A stretch of DNA of 64,000 bases from NCBI GenBank assembly GCA_024275095.1, contig JAJRZV010000050.1, positions 1,603-65,602 on the forward strand. Direction: 5' to 3'. The translations under genes and the position numbers were made by a program. The notes beneath the pieces were generated by a model that saw nothing but the letters and a program-made list of their open reading frames with translations, ran no database searches and was not told the DNA's origin. Positions 11,496 to 21,155 of the stretch are shown here, one piece after another; position 1 is the first letter of the stretch, and the number at the start of each line of letters is the position of its first letter. The stretch is from a bacterium. Lineage in GTDB: Bacteria > JAJRZV01.

Positions 11496-12125
11496 ATGGC
11501 TGTTGACCACAGTCCTGCCTGTAAAAAATGCAGAAGGGAAGGGATCAAGCTCTATCTTATAGGTACGCGCTGTTATACGGACAAGTGCGCGATGGAGCGG
11601 CGGCCTTACCCCCCGGGGCAGCATGGTCTGACGGGGCGCATCAGATTTTCGGACTATGGAGTGCGATTGAGAGAAAAGCAGAAGGTGAAACGAATTTACG
11701 GGGTGCTGGAGAGGCAGTTCAGACTCACATTTGAAAGGGCGCGCAGGCAACGGGGAAACATCGGGGAGAATTTCCTCATTCTTTTAGAAAGGAGGCTGGA
11801 TAACGTGGTGTACAGGCTGGGTTTTGCACGGTCACGGCGTGAAGCTCGTCAAATTGTAAGTCATGGCCATGTGCTCGTTAACGGTAGAAAAGTCAACATT
11901 CCTTCCTATACGGTACGCGAGGGTGACGTGATTGAACTTGATGATAAATTGAAAAAGGTGGAGTGGCTGGAGGAGGCATTTGAACTCGCGGAACGCCGGG
12001 TGGTGTCGGAATGGCTGGAGGTGGATATAGAACGCCGCAGGGGGGTTGTCAAATCACTGCCTCGCAGGGACCACATCACCTATCCCATTAATGAAAGTTA
12101 TATTGTCGAGCTTTATTCACGCTGA
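11496..12125 (+). CDS. rpsD: 30S ribosomal protein S4 (zinc-finger type)
   Basis: Start at internal ATG 11496 (GGAGG upstream; removes the overlap with rpsK): [36 protein letters not shown]..., 209 aa. Confidence 0.9.
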   Translation: MAVDHSPACKKCRREGIKLYLIGTRCYTDKCAMERRPYPPGQHGLTGRIRFSDYGVRLREKQKVKRIYGVLERQFRLTFERARRQRGNIGENFLILLERRLDNVVYRLGFARSRREARQIVSHGHVLVNGRKVNIPSYTVREGDVIELDDKLKKVEWLEEAFELAERRVVSEWLEVDIERRRGVVKSLPRRDHITYPINESYIVELYSR

Positions 12126-12182
12126 TAACTTTTCTGGAGTTTAGAAATATAATTGAGGGTCAGGTAAAAAGGAGGTTAAAAC

Positions 12183-13208
12183 ATGAAGGATGTGAAAACC
12201 CTCGGGCTTGTAGTTCCAGAGATTATTAAAGTTGAAAAAAACAGTTATTCTCGAACCTATGGAAAATTTTATGCAGAGCCCCTTGAAAGGGGATTCGGTA
12301 CCACTATCGGTAATGCTTTGCGTCGTATATTGCTCTCATACATAAAAGGTGCAGCGGTTACTGCGGTGAAAATTGAAGGTGCTGAACACGAGTTTACCTC
12401 TCTGCCCGGAGTATACGAGGATGTGACGGACATCATTCTCAACATCAAGCAAATTCGTATTGCTTACGACCGTGATGAAGAAAAAGAAATGAGGCTGGAT
12501 ATGTCGGGAGAGGGAGAGGTGCTTGCTGGTGATATTCAACATGATGATAGCATCAGAATTGTAAATCCAGACCTTCACATTGCCACACTTGAAAAAGATG
12601 GAAAACTTAACATTACCATGAAGGTAAAGACAGGCCGTGGGTTCATGCCCGCAGAAAGAAACAAAAGTGATGACCTTCCAGTGGGATACATTGCTATTGA
12701 CTCGATTTTTTCTCCCGTAACCAAGGCTGTATTCCGTGTGGAAAACATGATGTATGCCGGGCGAGCTGACTATGACCGTTTGATACTGGAGATATGGACA
12801 GACGGAACCGTAACCCCTGAAAGTGCGCTCAGACAGGCGAAGGATATTCTTCTGCGGCATGTGGACGTGTTTGAAAATATTGAATCAATGGAAGAGGATG
12901 AAGGAGATCTCTACGAAAAGCAGCGTCGCGAGAAGGTGAGGCGCTTGATGAGCCACCTGCTCAAACCGGTGAGCGAACTGGAACTTTCTGTGCGCTCGGC
13001 CAATTGCTTGAAGTCGGCAGGAATCAAGCAGATTAAAGACCTGGTTGTCAAGTCTGAATACGATTTGCTTAAAACCCCTAATTTCGGCCGTAAATCCCTC
13101 AGCGAGATTAAGGATGTTCTTTCGACCATGGGTTTGAGGCTCGGAATGACCCAGGAAGAAGTGGATATTATTCTCAAAGAGGGTGAGCGGCTGGAAATAA
13201 AGGAGTAG
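12183..13208 (+). CDS. rpoA: DNA-directed RNA polymerase alpha subunit
   Basis: 341 aa with N-terminal assembly domain and alpha-CTD (...[24 protein letters not shown]...). Confidence 0.95.
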   Translation: MKDVKTLGLVVPEIIKVEKNSYSRTYGKFYAEPLERGFGTTIGNALRRILLSYIKGAAVTAVKIEGAEHEFTSLPGVYEDVTDIILNIKQIRIAYDRDEEKEMRLDMSGEGEVLAGDIQHDDSIRIVNPDLHIATLEKDGKLNITMKVKTGRGFMPAERNKSDDLPVGYIAIDSIFSPVTKAVFRVENMMYAGRADYDRLILEIWTDGTVTPESALRQAKDILLRHVDVFENIESMEEDEGDLYEKQRREKVRRLMSHLLKPVSELELSVRSANCLKSAGIKQIKDLVVKSEYDLLKTPNFGRKSLSEIKDVLSTMGLRLGMTQEEVDIILKEGERLEIKE

Positions 13209-13212
13209 TGCC

Positions 13213-13749
13213 ATGCGTCATCGAAAGGGATACAAAAAACTGGGAAGACCCACCCAGCATCGAATGATGATGTTTCGGAATATGGTAACATCCCTTATTC
13301 TCCAGGAGCGCATTGTGACAACAGTTGCCAAGGCCAAGGAAGCGCGCAAATTTGCCGACAAAATGATTACCCTTGCTAAAGACGGCTCACTGGAGTCACG
13401 TCGCCGGGCCCATGCTTTTCTCATGCGTAAAGACGCGGTGCGTAAACTTTTTGATGAACTTGCTGAAAGATATAAGGAAAGAAACGGTGGCTACACCAGG
13501 GTTATTCGACTGGGATGGCGAAGAGGAGACGGGGCAGAACAGGCGATCCTTGAGCTGGTTGACAGGGTTGAAAAGCCCAAAAAGAAAGAGGAGAAGCCAG
13601 AAAAGAAAACTCCCAGGAAGACGAAGGTTAAAGCAAAAGCTAAGGAAAAGAAAGCAGAGGTAAAACCTGAAGAAGAGAAAAAACCTCGCGAGAGCGAGGA
13701 GAAGAAGCGGCGTCGCTGGAGATGGTTCTTTAAGAAGAAGGGCACGTAA
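13213..13749 (+). CDS. rplQ: 50S ribosomal protein L17 with ~60-aa Lys/Glu-rich C-terminal tail
   Basis: 178 aa; L17 core MRHRKGYKKLGRPTQHR... followed by KPKKKEEKPEKKTPRKTKVKAKAKEKKAEVKPEEEKKPRESEEKKRRRWRWFFKKKGT. Confidence 0.9.
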   Translation: MRHRKGYKKLGRPTQHRMMMFRNMVTSLILQERIVTTVAKAKEARKFADKMITLAKDGSLESRRRAHAFLMRKDAVRKLFDELAERYKERNGGYTRVIRLGWRRGDGAEQAILELVDRVEKPKKKEEKPEKKTPRKTKVKAKAKEKKAEVKPEEEKKPRESEEKKRRRWRWFFKKKGT

Positions 13750-14853
13750 GGATTTGACTAGACTTTTTGTACACTTTTGAAAAGTACCTCCGGGATCTGG
13801 TCTCATGTATGAAAGCCTCCCATGATGTCAAGAAATAATTCGTTCAAGGTTTTTCTTAAGGGACTGTTATCACCTCTATATTTTGTTTCGGTGAATCACT
13901 TTTTGGCTCGTATGCCATATTCACGGCAATACATGTATGCGTCCTTAGAAGGACAAGAGCATTTTATGCGGGGGAGCTTCCCAATCATTTATCGGGTTAA
14001 AAAACGAGTTTCTAAAGGCAAATAAAAGTGCATTTTTTACCCATCAAGACCTCGGGCATGCTCCGCCGGAGAAATTATATCTCATAAACCTTTCAATATC
14101 ATAAGGAGATTTTTCCTTAAGCACGAAGAAGGAAGCTTTAACAAGTTCATGAGCGAGTGCGAGGGAGGCTTTTGCGTATTCTTTGGCTTTTTCATATTTT
14201 CATAAGAGTTTTTTGCATTGGCCCGGAAAAAAGCGAAACATTTTCTCTGAAAAAATATGAGAGACCTTCTTCTCATGTGTACATCTCCTGGATAGATGTT
14301 TTACATCCTGTCACACCTGAGTCAAAGCTTATTTTCCCTGTTCACTGTGAAGAGATTTAGTGAGATAAATCTCAGCCGGAGTTATGAGCCCAGATGATGA
14401 GCAGGGTTTTCGCCGATTAAACCCTGGAGAACCGTTCCCGGTGATACTGAATACCTCCTCGCTGCTTCTTCCACCGATAGCTTTCTTTTTAAAACACAAG
14501 CACGATCTCAAGTTTCTGCTCCAACGGTATTTCTGCTCTCCTGCCCGTGGCTCACTTCCTCCTTTGAAACTGTTTTTATTTTATCCCTGGCGGGCCATGA
14601 ACCTGCTCCGAAAGTCTCACTTATCAAATGTTCCGGTTTAGGTGAGGCAATACATCCGGCAATGTGTGAGTGGCGTGGGTCGTTGAGCATCCGGGAATGA
14701 ACGGAAACCATTGTAAGGCAGATGCCCAGTTGTAAGTAGTGACGGAGGATTTTTTGTACTTTTTCGAAAAACAGGAAGAAGTGACGCATTGCGTTGTCTC
14801 CTGAGGTTTTTATCTGGTAGTATAAAAACAACTTTTTGCGCGGGGGGTAACTT

Positions 14854-16086
14854 ATGGTTGTGGTGAGTGCAGAAGAGGCAATAGAAGAAATACGCAAAGG
14901 TAATATGGTGATTCTTGTTGACGACGAGGACCGTGAAAATGAAGGTGACCTCTGCATTGCTGCAGAAAAGGTGACACCTGAGGTTATAAATTTTATGGCC
15001 AAGTATGGCCGAGGTCTTATCTGCTTGGCCCTTACGGAAGAACGTTGCCGGGAGCTGGACCTCAAGCCAATGGTTACGGATAACACTGCTCCATTTCAGA
15101 CAGCCTTTACTGTATCGATAGATGCAAGGGAAGGCACCACCACCGGAATTTCCGCTTATGATCGCGCTCTCACCATTAAAAAAGCAGTGGATCCGAATGC
15201 CAGACCTTCGGATTTTGTACGGCCGGGTCACGTTTTTCCACTTATGGCCAGGAAAGGGGGTGTGCTGGTTCGGGCAGGTCAGACGGAAGGGTCTGTAGAT
15301 CTCGCAAGGCTTGCTGGCCTCACTCCCGCTGCGGTGATATGCGAGATTATGAAAGATGACGGCACCATGGCTCGCATGCCGGATCTGGAGAAATTTGCAA
15401 AAGGGCACGGGCTGAAGATTGTTACTATTGAAGAGATTATTCGCTATCGTCTGAAAACGGAAAAATTTGTACGTCGCGTGGTGGTATCGCGACTTCCCAC
15501 CTCAGATTACGGAGAATTCACCGTGATTGCGTATGAAAACGACATTGATACTTCCGTACACGTGGCCTTGGTGAAGGGAGAGGTTCGTGAAGATGAGCCG
15601 GTACTTGTACGCGTTCATTCTGAATGTCTTACCGGGGATGTTTTCGGCTCGTCGCGTTGTGATTGCGGCCCTCAACTGCGCAGGGCTATGGAACTTATCG
15701 CGGAGGAAGGTAAGGGTGTTCTTCTTTACCTTCGCCAGGAAGGCAGAGGCATCGGACTTGTAAACAAACTCAAGGCCTATAATCTCCAGGATGAGGGTCT
15801 GGATACAGTGGAGGCTAACGAAAGGCTCGGTTTTCCTCCTGACCTGCGGGATTACGGTATCGGTGCCCAGATTCTCGTGGATGTGGGAGTGAGAAAGATG
15901 AAGCTCATGACCAACAACCCGCGCAAGATCGTGGGACTGGAAGGATATGGGTTGACAGTGGTGGAGCGGGTTCCCTTGGAGGTATGTCCCACGGAAGAGA
16001 ACATGAAGTATATAATTGCAAAGAAGGAGAAACTTGGTCATCTTATAGATATTGAAAGCCTGAAGAAAAAGGCTTCCAAAAAATGA
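14854..16086 (+). CDS. ribBA: bifunctional 3,4-dihydroxy-2-butanone-4-phosphate synthase / GTP cyclohydrolase II
   Basis: 410 aa; DHBP synthase N-half ([14 protein letters not shown]) and GTP cyclohydrolase II C-half ([18 protein letters not shown]). Confidence 0.95.
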   Translation: MVVVSAEEAIEEIRKGNMVILVDDEDRENEGDLCIAAEKVTPEVINFMAKYGRGLICLALTEERCRELDLKPMVTDNTAPFQTAFTVSIDAREGTTTGISAYDRALTIKKAVDPNARPSDFVRPGHVFPLMARKGGVLVRAGQTEGSVDLARLAGLTPAAVICEIMKDDGTMARMPDLEKFAKGHGLKIVTIEEIIRYRLKTEKFVRRVVVSRLPTSDYGEFTVIAYENDIDTSVHVALVKGEVREDEPVLVRVHSECLTGDVFGSSRCDCGPQLRRAMELIAEEGKGVLLYLRQEGRGIGLVNKLKAYNLQDEGLDTVEANERLGFPPDLRDYGIGAQILVDVGVRKMKLMTNNPRKIVGLEGYGLTVVERVPLEVCPTEENMKYIIAKKEKLGHLIDIESLKKKASKK

Positions 16087-16096
16087 GGAGGTTGCG

Positions 16097-16594
16097 GTGA
16101 AAGGAGTGAACATCATAGAAGGTGGTTTTGATGCACGCGGCCTGAAGTTTTGCATTATTTCCAGCCGCTTCAATCATTTTGTCACAGACAGGCTGGTGGA
16201 GGGCGCGCTCGATGCGATTGTAAGACACGGGGGGAGGATAGAAGATGTGGATGTTGTACTTGTTCCCGGCTCGCTGGAGTTGCCTCTTGCTGCAAAGAAA
16301 GCTGCCCTGAGCGGTCGCTACGATGCAGTGGTGGCACTGGGAGCAGTGATCCGTGGTGATACGCCCCATTTCGAATACGTGGCGTCCCAGGCAGCAAAAG
16401 GGATAGCGCAGACGGCCCTGGATACAGGGGTTCCCGTGATATTTGGTGTTATCACGGCTGACGATGTCCAGCAGGCCATTGAGCGTGCAGGCACCAAGGC
16501 AGGCAACAAGGGATTCACGGCTGCAATGAATGCCATCGAAATGGCCAACGTAATGAAAAAGCTGAATACACGTAGAACAAAGAAAGGGAATTAA
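16097..16594 (+). CDS. ribH: 6,7-dimethyl-8-ribityllumazine synthase
   Basis: 165 aa, KFCIISSRFNHFVTDRLVEGALDAI... typical lumazine synthase. Confidence 0.95.
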   Translation: MKGVNIIEGGFDARGLKFCIISSRFNHFVTDRLVEGALDAIVRHGGRIEDVDVVLVPGSLELPLAAKKAALSGRYDAVVALGAVIRGDTPHFEYVASQAAKGIAQTALDTGVPVIFGVITADDVQQAIERAGTKAGNKGFTAAMNAIEMANVMKKLNTRRTKKGN

Positions 16595-16602
16595 TTGTTC
16601 GT

Positions 16603-18459
16603 TTATGGCGGCGGCATAAACTGGTCGTCAGCAGGATACAGATTGATTCGCAGTGCATACCTTAGAGCTTCATAGCCATCACTCGTGACGATATAGAACC
16701 GCCAGGTGAAGCTGTCTTCGGGAGACGTTTCGTCGCGTATGCGCACCTGTTGCTGGGCAGGATACACGCAGGCAGCAAGGTGCACGGTTGAATGGTCCAT
16801 TATCAGGTACGTGTTCTCACCAAGGGCGATTAATCCGTTCACAAGGGGTATGCATATATGGTCAAAGTCGAAGTTTCCCAGTGGAAACTGTACGAGATTT
16901 TCTTCGAGAAGGGCGGGTGAATATTCTACATAGCTTAGTGAAAAAGGGAAGGTTACGGACACTTCCCGATCGGTACCCTTGTTAACATTTAGTGTTACTG
17001 AATAAATATCCTGCTGCGTGGTACATCTTGAAACAGCCAGGGCATAATCGCGACTCGTTGTGACCAGTGAATATACCGGGAAAGAGGACGCAATTTCGAA
17101 TTCACTTTCTTCCAGGCAGTATTTCGGCAGGTCGGGTCTGATGTCCTGGTATGTACTTTCTGAAAACATCGTCGATATTTTTTGTGCCAGTAATTTTGCT
17201 GTTTTTTCAGCTTCTGCAGAGTGATAAAGGCTGTAGTTGACTTCCGTATAGGCAGGATTCCAGCCGGTTGAGTCACTGACTTCGGCCTTGAGCTGGTGCC
17301 GCCAGGCATCCCGGAGCATGTTTTTCCATTCCTCTGATACTGCTGCGCCGCTTGCCTCTGCATATTCCAGTGCCTGTTCGGCCTTCATCAGAGCGCGCCG
17401 ACTTTTCCAGTTCGCCACGCGGACAACATTGTCCATTTCGGTTCCGCCGAAAAGTCCTATGCCACCCATCCAGAGAAAAAGATTGTCTGAATACACCGGT
17501 CGCCAGTCTCCGTCAAAGACCAGAGGGAAAGGTCGTGGTTCAACACCAGCATCCAGAACGGTGTTCACATATTCTGAAATAGTTGCGATGGTATACCCTT
17601 CAGCTTCATAGGCCGATAGGCGTTCCTCGAATTCTTTAAAGTTTTCTTCGCGTGCTTTGAAACCGATAATAAAGTAGGGTGGGATGTCCCCTGTAGCCAG
17701 CAGTTCCCCGTCGTCGTAGTAGGCCCATCTCACTGAATAAGTCGTACCGTTAATTTCAAAGTCCAGGTTTTCAGGAGCTATGATGACGTATACGTTTCCT
17801 CGCTGGTAGAGAGGGTGGATGAAGGTTGTATCAGAAGAATAGTGGTACCTGAAAAGTCCGCGTGGAAAAGCAGCGATCCGGTATCCTTTTTCAGCCATGA
17901 AGTCCAGAGTGCCCAGCCCGAATTGGCCTTCCTGGGTGAAAACCACATCGCTGAAGGGCAAACACAACTCGCGTGAAAGGTCCATATTGAGCTTCCATGA
18001 CCATTCCATGTCTTCCCTTGGGAATGCCAGGTAGAGCTGATCGCTGTAGTGAAAGCTCATGAGCTCCACCTGGCCTCTTTCAACAAGAGTTTCCAGCTTT
18101 TTCAACACCTCGGGGTGACGCTCGGCCATTACTTCCAGCATGTAACCCTGAAGTTCAATGTTGGCTTTCCACCGTGGATGTTTCAGGTAAAAGTCAAGCA
18201 CCGGCTCAAAACTCTCGCGCACGATGAGGTCTTCCATGATTTCATTGGACACGGTATCACCGCCTTCACCGGTAAGTCCTCCTGCAATGTACTGGATGTT
18301 GAAGTGAAATAGAGAAAGTACGAAATGTGTACTGTCCGTTTTTTCAGTGTTGGCTCGAATGCCCCATGTTGCACACTCTTTGTTCGAACATCCCTGCACA
18401 GTAGAAAGGATGACAATGAGAAAATATGCCACTGGTATTGATAAGTTCGTTTTTTTCAT
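16603..18459 (-). CDS. exported (probable lipoprotein) glycoside-hydrolase-like protein of the GH38/GH57-type (beta/alpha)7-barrel family
   Basis: Start placed at internal ATG 18459 (MKKTNLSIPVAYFLIVILSTVQGC = signal peptide plus Cys); downstream FHFNIQYIAGG and RGQVELMSFHYSDQLYLAFP resemble GH57/GH38 N-terminal catalytic blocks. Family assignment from memory only. Confidence 0.5.
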   Translation of the reverse strand: MKKTNLSIPVAYFLIVILSTVQGCSNKECATWGIRANTEKTDSTHFVLSLFHFNIQYIAGGLTGEGGDTVSNEIMEDLIVRESFEPVLDFYLKHPRWKANIELQGYMLEVMAERHPEVLKKLETLVERGQVELMSFHYSDQLYLAFPREDMEWSWKLNMDLSRELCLPFSDVVFTQEGQFGLGTLDFMAEKGYRIAAFPRGLFRYHYSSDTTFIHPLYQRGNVYVIIAPENLDFEINGTTYSVRWAYYDDGELLATGDIPPYFIIGFKAREENFKEFEERLSAYEAEGYTIATISEYVNTVLDAGVEPRPFPLVFDGDWRPVYSDNLFLWMGGIGLFGGTEMDNVVRVANWKSRRALMKAEQALEYAEASGAAVSEEWKNMLRDAWRHQLKAEVSDSTGWNPAYTEVNYSLYHSAEAEKTAKLLAQKISTMFSESTYQDIRPDLPKYCLEESEFEIASSFPVYSLVTTSRDYALAVSRCTTQQDIYSVTLNVNKGTDREVSVTFPFSLSYVEYSPALLEENLVQFPLGNFDFDHICIPLVNGLIALGENTYLIMDHSTVHLAACVYPAQQQVRIRDETSPEDSFTWRFYIVTSDGYEALRYALRINLYPADDQFMPPP

Positions 18460-18523
18460 GTTTAAGCATTTTAACAAGAAAGGATGTTTCCATGAAGAAG
18501 TGATGGTGTATAGCTCAGGGTCT

Positions 18524-19714
18524 TTAAAGTCCGTACTCCCTGAGAAATGACTGAATGATGAGAACGGCGGATGCGCTGTGCACGACCCGTTTTCGACGCG
18601 TGCGCCTGGTGTGGCTGAGTAAAAGAGATGCATCCTTGGAAGTTAAAGATTCGTCAAAAGGAAATACTTTTATCTCTTTTCCAAGACGTCCCTGCAGGCG
18701 CTTTATAAATCGTAAATGTAGTGTTTCCTGCGAGGTATCATTAAATTCCCTGTTGTAGGGTACACCCACTACTACTGTGCAGGTGCGCTTTACCTTAGCA
18801 AGAGAAGCAATTTTTGTTAAAGCCTCTTTCCTGCTGTGCACGTCTATCGGGTTGAGAGGATACGGAGGAAGCTCCGGTTTTTCCTGAAGGGCGATGCCGA
18901 TGTGTCGTTCACCGAGATCCACAGCCATCACGGGAAAACGGAAAAAGTATCCCCAGTGAAAGGGAGGATAATCAGTGTGTGAGTGAATAATGCGTTCGCC
19001 TGCAGTGATGATATTGGTACTCAGGTAATGTGCTGTGAAGAATGCAGGAAGAGACGGCAGTCTCAGACGGGGGGTGAGACGGAGTTCTTCAACAAGTTTT
19101 AGAAGATGCTCTTCATCCTTTTGTGCTACGGCTCCTCCGTCACTGATTCCGGCTGAAGCAAGCAGCTCTTTGTACAGCTCTTCTGATATAACCCGCCTCC
19201 ACGACGAAAACGGCATTGAAAGTGTTACCTCAGCAGATGTAAAGGCTTTGAGAAGAGAGATTATGTGTCCGGTAGAAGGAATGTTCGAGGGAGGTGGTTC
19301 AAATACGAACTCCTGCACGGATTCCAGCAAGCTCCTCGCATGTTTCACAAGCTGTTGAAGGTGGGAGACTTTTATGGAGGAAAGAATTTTTATGCTGAGT
19401 GAGATAGGTACCGGATTGAGGATGCTTGCTGCAGAAAGGATTTTTTTGCAAGTTTCCATATCAGTGAGGGGTATGCCAAGTGATACGGAAGATATGTACT
19501 GCTTGATTGCACCAGGGATTTTGAAGCATTCAGTGTGTATTTGCAGAACAGGAAGCAGTCCATTTTTCAGAATGCCTTGTGCTTGCTCGAGAAGCGTATG
19601 CCCGGGAGTCGTGGAGCTTGTTTTCGGAAGTTTTTTGTTTGTAGCCCCCGGGATTACAGGGGCTGTGTGTAATTGATACGTGAAAAAACGTTTCGATGAC
19701 ATCTCAATCGCCAT
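18524..19714 (-). CDS. ruvX: Holliday-junction resolvase-like RuvX/YqgF domain (C-terminal 134 aa) preceded in frame by an uncharacterised ~260-aa N-terminal region
   Basis: C-terminal part MAVDLGERHIGIALQE...VVVGVPYN...HSASAVLIIQSFL matches YqgF/RuvX; the same frame stays open 786 nt upstream with no stop and no SD before the internal ATG at 18928. Confidence 0.6.
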   Translation of the reverse strand: MAIEMSSKRFFTYQLHTAPVIPGATNKKLPKTSSTTPGHTLLEQAQGILKNGLLPVLQIHTECFKIPGAIKQYISSVSLGIPLTDMETCKKILSAASILNPVPISLSIKILSSIKVSHLQQLVKHARSLLESVQEFVFEPPPSNIPSTGHIISLLKAFTSAEVTLSMPFSSWRRVISEELYKELLASAGISDGGAVAQKDEEHLLKLVEELRLTPRLRLPSLPAFFTAHYLSTNIITAGERIIHSHTDYPPFHWGYFFRFPVMAVDLGERHIGIALQEKPELPPYPLNPIDVHSRKEALTKIASLAKVKRTCTVVVGVPYNREFNDTSQETLHLRFIKRLQGRLGKEIKVFPFDESLTSKDASLLLSHTRRTRRKRVVHSASAVLIIQSFLREYGL

Positions 19715-19817
19715 TTTAACGTAGATTTAAGGGTTATTATACAGACTCTTCTCTGGCGAGGTCGTAAACCTTTCGAAAAAAATAAGGTTTGAAAATTACC
19801 GACTTTTCGTACAGAAC

Positions 19818-20900
19818 TTAAATAATTCCTTCTTCTTCCAGTGCCTCACGTACCTTTTTTTTGGTGTCTGCGAGACGCTCTTCCATATAACGGGTTACCG
19901 TGTCCATGATGGTTGGATACATGAGTAATATTTCCTTAAACCGCTCTTTTTCGATTTTCATAAGTTCGGATTTTTTCAATGCTGTAACTGTCGCTGTGGT
20001 TTTGTCATCGGTAAGAAGAGCTATTTCGCCGAAGAAATCTCCTTCTCTGAGTTCAGCCAGCCTTACTCGTTTGCCTCCACCGATGCCTCTCGATACAACA
20101 AATGCTCCGCTCCGGATCACGTAAAAAGCTTCTCCTGGAGTTCCCTCAATGATTACATGGTCTCCTTTTTCTACCTTCACCAGTACGAATCGCTTGGCAA
20201 TTTCCTGAAGGTCGTCTTCGTTCAGATCGCGGAACAGGGGGATGTTTGAAAGTGTCGGTAGAAATACATGGTGGAAATAGAGATTTTCAACGTATTTTTG
20301 AACCTGCGGATATTTGCGGGATATTTCTTTAAGGTGTTTTTCACTGACTTCCAGGACTTCGCAATCGCTTTCCGCCATCACAGAAGCGGGCAGGGGTGTT
20401 TTGGCAAAGAAGGAGTACTGGCCTATAAAGGACCCTGGTCCCAGCGTTTTGAGCACGCGCACCTCACCATTTTCGCTTTTTTCCACCCGCGCCTCTCCAG
20501 AGGTCAGGAGATAAATCGCCTTTGCCCTTTCTCCCTGTTCAAGTATCACATCCCCTGCGGGAAAAACATGCCTGTTGAGATGGCGAAGAACATCAATAAA
20601 TTCTTCGTTAGAAAGTGAAGAGAAGAACAGGATTTTGGGTATCTTGAGAGGTTTCTTTTTCGGTGTTTTTTCTTCTGCTGGCTCTTTTGCTTCCTCTGCA
20701 CCTTCCGCCGTAATTTCTTCTACGGCTGGTTCTGGCGGGCTTCCGGTGAGCATTTTTATGAGGTCTTCAACGCGGGGATCATCCGGCTTGAGGTCATAAA
20801 GAATCTTGCTGAGTGAAAGTGCCTGGGGAACGAAACCCTTGTTGTAATACGCAAAGGCAACATCCAGATATTTTTCAAAGGCCTCTTCCACTTTTTTCAA
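19818..20900 (-). CDS. protein with two cyclic-nucleotide-binding (CAP-like) domains, TPR-like N-terminus; ORF begins at TTG immediately after an in-frame TAA
   Basis: 360 aa; two cNMP-binding beta-barrel segments (…FGEIALLTDDKTTATVTA… and …FIGQYSFFAKTPLPASVMA…); no HTH. Confidence 0.7.
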   Translation of the reverse strand: MKKVEEAFEKYLDVAFAYYNKGFVPQALSLSKILYDLKPDDPRVEDLIKMLTGSPPEPAVEEITAEGAEEAKEPAEEKTPKKKPLKIPKILFFSSLSNEEFIDVLRHLNRHVFPAGDVILEQGERAKAIYLLTSGEARVEKSENGEVRVLKTLGPGSFIGQYSFFAKTPLPASVMAESDCEVLEVSEKHLKEISRKYPQVQKYVENLYFHHVFLPTLSNIPLFRDLNEDDLQEIAKRFVLVKVEKGDHVIIEGTPGEAFYVIRSGAFVVSRGIGGGKRVRLAELREGDFFGEIALLTDDKTTATVTALKKSELMKIEKERFKEILLMYPTIMDTVTRYMEERLADTKKKVREALEEEGII

Positions 20901-20912
20901 GCGGTGGAGGCA

Positions 20913-21054
20913 TTAGGCCACCTTCATCTGAATTTTGAGGTCCTCTTTTTTGAGCTTTTCGGCCTGGCGGAAAAGTTCGAGTGCTTTTTCATATTTCCCC
21001 TTCATGAAATGTTTATAAGCATCGTCAATAATTTTTCCTGCAGACTTTGCCATT
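20913..21054 (-). pseudogene. orphaned TPR-like N-terminal segment of the downstream cNMP-binding gene, separated from it by a frameshift in a G5 run and an in-frame TAA
   Basis: Minus strand: ATG 21054 with GGAGG 9 nt upstream reads MAKSAGKIIDDAYKHFMKG then stops. After a 1-nt shift at the G5 run (+ strand C-run 20997-21001) the reading continues KYEKALELFRQAEKLKKEDLKIQMKVA-TAA(20915-20913)-CLHRL-TTG, in frame with the 360-aa ORF. Confidence 0.35.
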
Positions 21055-21155
21055 TTTTTCATCCTCCTTGATAATGTTTAAATTTTATTGGACCTGTCCT
21101 CCCACTCAACGAGAACCATTTTACTACAAACTTTGTGTAAGAACACTGTATAATC

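Noticed and set aside
94-13424. Many minus-strand and alternative-frame ORFs (60-150 aa) overlapping the ribosomal protein, secY, rpoA and other genes
   Set aside because: They lie antisense to or out of frame with strongly supported conserved genes, have low-complexity translations and no RBS. They are typical shadow ORFs.
13822-14360. Short ORFs (60-67 aa) inside the rplQ-ribBA gap
   Set aside because: No RBS, low-complexity or hydrophobic nonsense-like translations, no recognisable family. More likely non-coding.
14600-14853. FMN riboswitch (RFN element) expected upstream of ribBA
   Set aside because: By eye I could not find the conserved blocks (GGGCAGGGUGAAAUUCCC, CCGGCGGUA, GACAGU-AAAGUCUGGAUGGGAGA); only loose resemblance around 14695-14705 (GTGACGGAGG). 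An Infernal scan is needed before any call.
14508-15408. 192-aa and 256-aa minus-strand ORFs overlapping ribBA
   Set aside because: Antisense to a well-conserved ribBA reading frame; Ser/Arg-rich low-complexity translation.
16585-16615. Possible bidirectional terminator hairpin (TTTATGGCGGCGGCATAAA) between convergent ribH and the lipoprotein gene
   Set aside because: The stem is imperfect and there is no U-tract on either side. Kept only as a weak possibility.
21147-21154. Extended -10 (TGtATAAT) immediately before the VOC-gene ATG
   Set aside because: It ends only 2 nt before the start codon, too close to yield even a leaderless transcript starting at the ATG. Likely coincidental.
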